A DNA stretch of 64,000 bases from Methanotrichaceae archaeon (lineage in GTDB: Archaea > Halobacteriota > Methanosarcinia > Methanotrichales > Methanotrichaceae). Under the pieces are notes generated by a model. It saw only the letters and a list, made by a program, of their open reading frames with translations, did no database searches and was not told the DNA's origin. A program made the position numbers and the translations under genes. The stretch spans positions 32,001-96,000 of the forward strand of contig CAWDLW010000015.1 in NCBI GenBank assembly GCA_963803145.1, given 5' to 3'. This document shows positions 21,638 through 28,583 of the stretch, piece after piece. Position 1 is the first letter of the stretch. Each line of letters begins with the position of its first letter.

Positions 21638-22500
21638 CTGAGCCCGAGCAGATGAAGCTCGCCTACTATCCGGGCTGCGTCTCTAAGTCGACGGGAAAGG
21701 AGATGGATCTCTCGACGAGGGCTGTCTGCAATGCATTGGGAGTAGCGCTACAGGAGCTCGATGACTGGAACTGCTGCGGCGCAACACATGTACCGAGTGA
21801 GCTTGTGGCGACAGGTCTCGCTGCCCGCAACCTTGCCCAGACGGATCTGCCAATAATGACTGCTTGCGCCATCTGCTATAGCAATCTTAGAAGCGCAGTA
21901 CAGAGGATGGAGGACCCACAGGTAAGGGCAAAGGTAAATGCAGTTCTCACGGAAAAATATACTGGCGCAGAGGTAAGGCATGCCCTCGATGTGATCCTGG
22001 AAGTCCTGCAAAAAAATAGTGACGTAATAGCAGTGCCGCTGAAGGACCTAAAGGTAGCGCCCTATTATGGCTGTTTGATGACCAGGCCGAAAGGCGTCGA
22101 GAGTCCTGAGTTCCCGACTATTCTTGAAAAACTCATAAAGCTGCTTGGAGCAGAGCCGCTGGACTTCAGGCTGAAAACGTTCTGCTGCGGAGGCCCTATA
22201 TTCATGCCTAGAAGCGAGGCTGCTGAGGATATAGCCTATAAGATCTTAAAGGAGGCGAAGCTGGCGGGGGCTGAGGTGATTGTTACATTGTGCCCGCTGT
22301 GCCACCTAATGCTTGACGCCAAGCAGAAGGCTCTGGAGATCAGACATGGGGAGAAGATCGGGATTCCTGTGCTTTATGTAACTCAGCTCGTGGGCATTGC
22401 CCTTGGTCTCGGTCCTGATGAGCTGGGATTAAACATGAATTCTGTGTCGCCGATGCCTGTTGTTGAGAAGATTTACGAGAGGATGGCGCAGGAAGGGTAG
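21634..22500 (+). CDS. hdrB: Heterodisulfide reductase subunit B
   Basis: YYPGC, WNCCG, YYGC, CCGG, CPLCH (two CCG domains). Confidence 0.93.
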   Translation: MTEPEQMKLAYYPGCVSKSTGKEMDLSTRAVCNALGVALQELDDWNCCGATHVPSELVATGLAARNLAQTDLPIMTACAICYSNLRSAVQRMEDPQVRAKVNAVLTEKYTGAEVRHALDVILEVLQKNSDVIAVPLKDLKVAPYYGCLMTRPKGVESPEFPTILEKLIKLLGAEPLDFRLKTFCCGGPIFMPRSEAAEDIAYKILKEAKLAGAEVIVTLCPLCHLMLDAKQKALEIRHGEKIGIPVLYVTQLVGIALGLGPDELGLNMNSVSPMPVVEKIYERMAQEG

Positions 22501-22680
22501 CGCTGATAGCGAGCTAAACTAAGCTGTTGAAGGCCGAAGACAAACAAGCTAATAGGCTTGTAGATCGTCTGCATATCTGCCAAAGACAAGATGATTATTT
22601 CAAAATTTCTTTGGTCGAAAAAATGCCTGGGATAAAATATCAGTGTATTTTTAATGTGAAAAGTTAACTTGTTTAAGTCT

Positions 22681-23163
22681 CTATGCGTCGGCACCTCGCG
22701 CACCCTGTAGCCCTGCTGCGGGGCGCCCTGACGCCGTTTGATTTCTGACAAGTACAGGACACTTGCTAAGCGTATCCGCCAGTTCACTCATCCTCACGGG
22801 CTTGGCTATATAACCATCCATGCCTGCTTCAATGCATCTCTCCTTGCCATCTGGAATGACATACGCAGTAAGTGCAATGATTATGGGCCGCTTCGAAGAA
22901 GGATAGCGTTTACGAATCTCCTTAGTTGCCGCAAAGCCATCCATCTTCGGCATGACAATATCCATCAGAACAAGGTCATACATCCGCTTTTCAAAGGCAT
23001 TCAGCACCTGCAAGCCATTATTTACGGCATCCGCATTATAGCCCAAGCGCTTGAGCATTATCAGAGTCACCCTCTGATTTGCCGGATCATCCTCAGCGAG
23101 CAATACATTCGGAGGGCTGCCGCTATCTATCCTTCCGTTAAGCTCTATACTAGCGAAATACAT
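22681..23163 (-). CDS. Stand-alone response regulator receiver
   Basis: VLLAEDD, DLVLMDIVMP, IIALTA, KPV. Confidence 0.9.
   Translation of the reverse strand: MYFASIELNGRIDSGSPPNVLLAEDDPANQRVTLIMLKRLGYNADAVNNGLQVLNAFEKRMYDLVLMDIVMPKMDGFAATKEIRKRYPSSKRPIIIALTAYVIPDGKERCIEAGMDGYIAKPVRMSELADTLSKCPVLVRNQTASGRPAAGLQGARGADA
22685..22734. repeat. GC-rich palindromic (REP/IS200-IS605-end-like) element
   Basis: gcgtc...gacgc enclosing an imperfect hairpin gcgcaccctgtagc-cct-gctgcggggcgc. Confidence 0.45.
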
Positions 23164-23325
23164 ACCCCCATAATGCTGTGGCTCATTTTGTGGTATACGT
23201 TGTGATCAAACAATTTAAATTTTTTGGGAGAAGTGTCAACGCATATTTTTTTAGGATTCGTCTTTATAGAGCAGGTATTTCCCAGAGCTTACCATATGAT
23301 TATTGTTAAGGGGATCTATCTCGCT

Positions 23326-25509
23326 TCAGATCCTATTGAACAGGTCCGCCTCAGCGCCCCCTTCCTCTTTCCGGTATGCTGACCTCATCGATGCGTCTAT
23401 TGCCTTACGATAGAACTTCTCTGTATATTCCTTCGCCATCCTGCGGGCGCTGAAGTTTGGCCCTCCCATCTTCATGGCCTCCTTCATTATCTCTACCCAG
23501 AGATGCGGCACACCCTCATCGTCTGCATCATAGTAGATGGGAACAGCCTTCTTCTCCAGGATATCGTAGATCGCAGCTGCATCTTTTGCATCTCTGTCAG
23601 GACCTTCTGCCCCCTGAAACGCCCAGCCGTTCTTTCCATCATAGCCCTCGATCCACCAGCCATCAAGGATGGATAGCTGAGGAACGCCGTTTATCGCAGC
23701 CTTCATCCCGCTCGTTCCTGACGCCTCCATTGGCGGAAGCGGGTTATTTACCCAGATATCCACGCCATGCACGAGATACTGGGCCAAGAGCTCATCATAG
23801 TCCTCAACAAAGGCTATTCGCCCTCCGAAGGTCTGGTCCTTTGCCGCATTGAATACCTGCTGAAGCAGCTGCTTGCTCTGCTGGTCATCCTGATGCGCCT
23901 TTCCTGCGAAGATTATTTGAACGGGCCTCCAGGGATCATTCACTATTCTCTTCAGCCTCTCCATATCCTGCAAAAGCAAGGCCGGCCTCTTATACGAGGC
24001 AAATCTGCGTGCAAATCCCAGAGTCAAAACAGGAGCATCAAGCAGAACTCCTGATGCCATGACAAGTCGCGGATCTGCCGTTCCCGAATCCATCCACTTC
24101 TGCCTCGCTCTTTCCCTGATCCTAGTTATGAGGATATCCTTCATAGCCAAGTGGTGGCTCCAGATAACTTCGTCGGGAATCTCGTCTATCAGCTCCCAGA
24201 TTCGGGGTTTATCGTGCTCCTCGAGCCAGTTCCTGCCTAGATATCTGCTGAATATAACCTCTCCAAGCCTTTTATCGATCCACGTGGGAACATGCACGCC
24301 ATTGGTGACATAATCTATGGGCACCTCGTTCTCGGGGAGATCTGGCCAGAGCCGATGCCACATCTTGCGTGTTACCTCCTGGTGCTTGCGGCTCACAGCA
24401 TTGCGATAAGCTGCCGATCTAAGGGCGAAAACTGTCATGTTGAATCCGCTTGGGCTCGCAGGATTGATACCAAGCTCGAAAAAGGCATCACGGCTCATCT
24501 CAAGCGCAGGGAGGTATGGCCCAAAGTACTTATCCATGAGTTGGAACGCGAAGACATCATGGCCCGCAGGCACGGGAGTATGGGTTGTAAAGACAGTAGT
24601 AGCCTTGACAGCTTCGAAGGCATCGCGGTAGCTCTCTCCTGATTCGACCATCTCCCTGATGCGCTCAAGAACGGCAAAGGCTGGATGGCCCTCGTTTAGG
24701 TGAAGTATTGAATAATGCAATCCCAAAGCCTTCAGGACTCTTATGCCGCCAATGCCTAAGACGATCTCCTGTCGGAGTCTTTGCTCAGGGTCTCCAGTGT
24801 ATAGGCGATCGGATATGCATCTATTCCAGGGATCATTAGCCTCGCTGGATGTATCAATCAGGTAAAGGTTGGTCTTTCCCACCTGGACCTTCCATACCTC
24901 AAGATATATGGGAGGATCTATGATTGGCACCTTTACGGAGAGGGGCTCACCTTTCTCATCCAGAACCCTTCTAATAGGCGCATTCTCCCGGTCCAGGATC
25001 TCACATGCTCCAACCTGCCACCCGTCGGGAGATAACTCCTGCCGAAGATATCCCTGAGGATACATGAAGCCGACACCTGTTGTCGGAATGCCCAGATCGC
25101 TGCATTCCTTAAGAAAGTCTCCAGCCAAAAAGCCTAGTCCTCCGGCATAAAATGGAAGAGCATGGTGTAGTCCATATTCAGCGGAAAAGTAGGCTATGGC
25201 ATATCTGCCTGGATCTGCAATGTTTGCACAGAACCAGCCGCTGGATACATCCATGTAGCTCTCGAACCTCGCCATGACCGCATCATAGTGTCTCAAGAAG
25301 TGCGGATCGTTTGAGGCGGCATCAAGAGCATCCTTTTCTATCCGGTTGAGCATTTTAACTGGATTGCTATTGCTCAGATACCACCCAGTACGGTTAAGAA
25401 GCCTGAAAATATTCCTCCCCTCCGGATTCCAAGCCCACCAGAGGTTGTAGGCCAGCTCCCTCAGACCTGAGATCCTCTCCGGGAGGTCGGGAAACTTGAT
25501 ATCATCCAT
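23326..25509 (-). CDS. glgP: Alpha-glucan (glycogen/maltodextrin) phosphorylase
   Basis: AYFSAEYG, YAGGLGFLAGD, HLNEGH, FARRFASYKR, EASGTSGMKA (PLP lysine). Confidence 0.95.
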   Translation of the reverse strand: MDDIKFPDLPERISGLRELAYNLWWAWNPEGRNIFRLLNRTGWYLSNSNPVKMLNRIEKDALDAASNDPHFLRHYDAVMARFESYMDVSSGWFCANIADPGRYAIAYFSAEYGLHHALPFYAGGLGFLAGDFLKECSDLGIPTTGVGFMYPQGYLRQELSPDGWQVGACEILDRENAPIRRVLDEKGEPLSVKVPIIDPPIYLEVWKVQVGKTNLYLIDTSSEANDPWNRCISDRLYTGDPEQRLRQEIVLGIGGIRVLKALGLHYSILHLNEGHPAFAVLERIREMVESGESYRDAFEAVKATTVFTTHTPVPAGHDVFAFQLMDKYFGPYLPALEMSRDAFFELGINPASPSGFNMTVFALRSAAYRNAVSRKHQEVTRKMWHRLWPDLPENEVPIDYVTNGVHVPTWIDKRLGEVIFSRYLGRNWLEEHDKPRIWELIDEIPDEVIWSHHLAMKDILITRIRERARQKWMDSGTADPRLVMASGVLLDAPVLTLGFARRFASYKRPALLLQDMERLKRIVNDPWRPVQIIFAGKAHQDDQQSKQLLQQVFNAAKDQTFGGRIAFVEDYDELLAQYLVHGVDIWVNNPLPPMEASGTSGMKAAINGVPQLSILDGWWIEGYDGKNGWAFQGAEGPDRDAKDAAAIYDILEKKAVPIYYDADDEGVPHLWVEIMKEAMKMGGPNFSARRMAKEYTEKFYRKAIDASMRSAYRKEEGGAEADLFNRI

Positions 25510-25760
25510 AAAGTTGCCATCTCCACATCATTGTAAAACGTATGTGCCTCTTAAGATATATCTTCCGATTTTGTATATAAGCTCAGATGCCAAACGTGAA
25601 TGAATTGATATATATTAAATACATATTTATTTTTAAATGAACGACTCGCGGCTTGAAGTGGGTACGCAGCAGTCGTTTGACTCTCATGCATTGGACTCAT
25701 TCTCGCCAGATGAGTAATAGGAAAAGCGTATATTCTTAGAGCTAGAAGGCACTGAATTAT

Positions 25761-27332
25761 ATGCCAAAGGAGATCCAGGTAGAGAATCGAAAATTTATTC
25801 TCAGTTATATATCGGATAATCCTGGCTCCCATTTAAGGAAAATTGCAAGGGATCTTGATATAAGCTTGAGTACTTTGAGGTATCACCTCGAATACCTGGA
25901 AAAGAAAGGAGAGATTAGTTGCCAAAAGCAAAACAATTTGAAAGTATATTTCCTCCCAGATAAGCTAAAGCCTCATGAGAAGATGCTGGTACCTATGCTG
26001 CAACAGAAACACTACCGAGACATCATTCTCGCTTTATTAGAGACTCCTGGGTTAACATCTTCCCAAATAGCGGATAAGTTATCAATGGGTAACTCTTCTG
26101 CCTCAAAATACATTAACATACTAGAGGATCAGGAGATATTGCTTCACCGGAAATCTGGCAGAGAGAAAAACTATTTTGTAAATAATGAACAGAACATCAT
26201 CGAACTTATGACCACATATAAAAAGTTCGTTGCAGATGTGAGTTATGAAGTTCGTACGCCCATGAATACAATTATGGGCATGACCAGCCTCCTTTTGGAA
26301 GAGGACATCACCCCTGAGCAGAAGGATTACATTGAGACCATAAGGAAAAGCGGCGAGGCCATGATGGTCCTTATCAACGATATCTTTGATCTCTCCAAGA
26401 CCGATAAAGATGGAGTGGCATTGGAGCATCAGCCGTTCAGCCTTCGAGGCTGCATCGAGGAGTCATTGGAAATCGTATCTGCTCAAGCCGATAAAAAAGG
26501 CTTGAACATGGTCTTCGCTATCAAGTACGGCACACCGGATACAATCGTTGGGGATCACGGAAGGCTTAGACAGGTTTTGGTTAATTTGCTTTCCAATGCG
26601 GTTAAGTTCACGGATGCTGGAGAGATCGATGTATCTGTCTCTTCTAAAGCTCTCGGAGATAACAAATGCCAAATCTCTTTCGCCATCAAAGATACCGGTA
26701 TAGGTATACCTATGGACAAAATGGCTCACATCTTCCAGCCTTTTAACCAGGCGGAGATGGATATTAGCGGCACAAACGGAGGTGCTGGTTTAGGATTACC
26801 CATAAGCAAGCGCCTTGTAGAGCTCATGGGTGGAACCATCTGGGCAGAGAGTGAGGTAGGCACTGGCTCAACCTTTTACTTCACAATCGAGACCAAAGCG
26901 GTCTCAGGTATATCCTCTAAACGTGAGAATTCCAACAAGCCAAATGAAAATTTAGCCGAGCGATATCCTTTACGCATCCTTGTGGCTGAGGATGATCCTT
27001 ACAACCAAAAAGTCCTCTTAGAGATGCTCAGAAAGATGGGGTACAGGGCTGATGCCGTGGCTGATGGCACAGAGGTCCTCCAAGCCCTCGAAATCGAGCC
27101 TTATGACTTAATCCTCATGGATATCAAGATGCCACAGATGGATGGTATCAAGGCTACCCACGAAATACGCAAGCTCTGGCCTAATAATGGGCCAAAGATA
27201 GTAGCGATCACAGCTTATGCCATGGCTGGAGACAAGGAGCGGTGCCTGGGAGCTGGCATGGATGATTATATCGCAAAGCCGGTTGCTATAGATAACCTGG
27301 CAGGGATACTAAGCAAGTATCAGCGATCCTAG
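25761..27332 (+). CDS. Double winged-helix-HisKA-HATPase-REC fusion with H-box His replaced by Tyr (probable pseudokinase)
   Basis: Two wHTH units (NPGSHLRKIARDL..STLRYHL; PGLTSSQIADKL), VSYEVRTP in place of MSHELRTP, intact N/G1/G2 boxes and receiver Asp. Confidence 0.88.
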   Translation: MPKEIQVENRKFILSYISDNPGSHLRKIARDLDISLSTLRYHLEYLEKKGEISCQKQNNLKVYFLPDKLKPHEKMLVPMLQQKHYRDIILALLETPGLTSSQIADKLSMGNSSASKYINILEDQEILLHRKSGREKNYFVNNEQNIIELMTTYKKFVADVSYEVRTPMNTIMGMTSLLLEEDITPEQKDYIETIRKSGEAMMVLINDIFDLSKTDKDGVALEHQPFSLRGCIEESLEIVSAQADKKGLNMVFAIKYGTPDTIVGDHGRLRQVLVNLLSNAVKFTDAGEIDVSVSSKALGDNKCQISFAIKDTGIGIPMDKMAHIFQPFNQAEMDISGTNGGAGLGLPISKRLVELMGGTIWAESEVGTGSTFYFTIETKAVSGISSKRENSNKPNENLAERYPLRILVAEDDPYNQKVLLEMLRKMGYRADAVADGTEVLQALEIEPYDLILMDIKMPQMDGIKATHEIRKLWPNNGPKIVAITAYAMAGDKERCLGAGMDDYIAKPVAIDNLAGILSKYQRS

Positions 27333-27356
27333 AATGGTCTATGAACTTTCTTTAGA

Positions 27357-27633
27357 GCCTTTGAAGCCTTCTTTTCCGTTATGAAACTTTCTGATGACAA
27401 CGTTTAATATTTCATGATAATGATATTTAGTACTCTTCGCAATTCATAGCCTCATTGGTATTTTACTTCTCGGTTTGTGCTATATTTCTTATTTTGTACT
27501 ATATTTCTCAATTCGTGCTATAATTCGCAGCATGTGTCATAAAATGCATATATGTAGCAAATGTACTATGGCTTGGTGAGATAGGTCAATAACTGAATGT
27601 CTCCGTGGTTCCCACCTCTCTAAGTATTGTTCT
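27357..27633. repeat. 277-bp non-coding direct repeat, copy 1, with internal 19-bp tandem units (about 27457-27551)
   Basis: Ungapped alignment to 31647-31923; 40 mismatches counted over 270 columns (about 85% identity). Confidence 0.9.
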
Positions 27634-27672
27634 ATCTTGCGGCGTTCCAAAGCTAAGCGGGAGGATTGAATA

Positions 27673-27930
27673 ATGAGATCTAATGATAATTCAAAGAGAA
27701 GAAAGAGCCCTACCAAGGGACAAGAGCAAAGCGCTAAAGCTCCAAAGCAGGAGGCAATCGAGGCTGAAGAGCTCTATGACGATATATCAGGCGCTTTCCT
27801 TGTGAAATATAAGATCAATGATAAGGGCATAGGGCAAATAAGCTTGCCGCCCAGCCTCTCGATGGTGCTACAATCTGACCAAATATACATTTCGCCGTCT
27901 GGAGGTGGTCTGTTTATCCGATCGATTTAG
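27673..27930 (+). CDS. Small protein with AbrB/SpoVT-like swapped-hairpin C-terminus
   Basis: GGAGG SD; GQISLPPSL...DQIYISPSGGGLFIRSI resembles the AbrB/MazE pattern. Confidence 0.55.
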   Translation: MRSNDNSKRRKSPTKGQEQSAKAPKQEAIEAEELYDDISGAFLVKYKINDKGIGQISLPPSLSMVLQSDQIYISPSGGGLFIRSI

Positions 27931-28046
27931 CCATGAGCGAGTCAGGAGCTATGCCATCATCTAAGTTGGGTGCATAAGCAATACCGGGACGATATTAAGG
28001 CGTAATTAGTTATAACCAGTTCAATGCAACTTTGTAAAGATAAGGG

Positions 28047-28334
28047 GTGGATAAATTGTTGACGGATATGGAATTGGAGAATCTGGACGGGGCCATTAAG
28101 GCCATCGGCCAGGTTAACACCTGTATGACTGCGTCTGTAATAGAAGGTGCTAAGAAATCCCTAATTGAAAAAGGCTATGAGGGCGCAGGAGCTTATGCTG
28201 CCCAGCTTACTGGAACAGATGATAACACCGAATTGTTGAGAATTCTGACCATCCTCCAGAAGTATAAACTCGGACAGGAAGCTGCGGTCAAGGTTCTGGA
28301 CAATCTGAACCACGTGTCTTCAGGAAAATGGTAA
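28047..28334 (+). CDS. Hypothetical helical protein
   Basis: 95-aa ORF with a purine-rich SD-like sequence, co-oriented with its neighbours. Confidence 0.6.
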   Translation: MDKLLTDMELENLDGAIKAIGQVNTCMTASVIEGAKKSLIEKGYEGAGAYAAQLTGTDDNTELLRILTILQKYKLGQEAAVKVLDNLNHVSSGKW

Positions 28335-28382
28335 GTTAGAGAGTGTAATAAAAACCGGTCAAGGTATAAATGGGTGATTATT

Positions 28383-28520
28383 ATGGCTATATGTACATTT
28401 TGCGGCAAGCCTGCAGAGAAGGAAGTTGGTAAAAAAGGAGTTTGCAAGGTTTGTGCAAGGGAAATTATCAAGACTTTTAAAGATGAACTAACAGGAAAAT
28501 CCTCTAAATCAAAGAGCTAA
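28383..28520 (+). CDS. 45-aa zinc-finger microprotein (CxxC...CxxC), below ORF-track cutoff
   Basis: Manual translation MAICTFCGKPAEKEVGKKGVCKVCAREIIKTFKDELTGKSSKSKS; GGTGA SD upstream. Confidence 0.7.
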   Translation: MAICTFCGKPAEKEVGKKGVCKVCAREIIKTFKDELTGKSSKSKS

Positions 28521-28583
28521 CTGAAAAGCAAAATTTTTTATTTAATTCTTTAAATGAATTAATTCGTATTCTTTATCTTAGGC

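Noticed and set aside
27385-27425. CTGATGA in the duplicated element as a hammerhead ribozyme or C/D-box core
   Set aside because: No stem II followed by GAAA in either copy, and no convincing paired C/D boxes.
27457-27551. 19-bp repeats as a CRISPR or mini-CRISPR array
   Set aside because: Units are head-to-tail with no unique spacers, are shorter than CRISPR repeats, and there are no cas genes.
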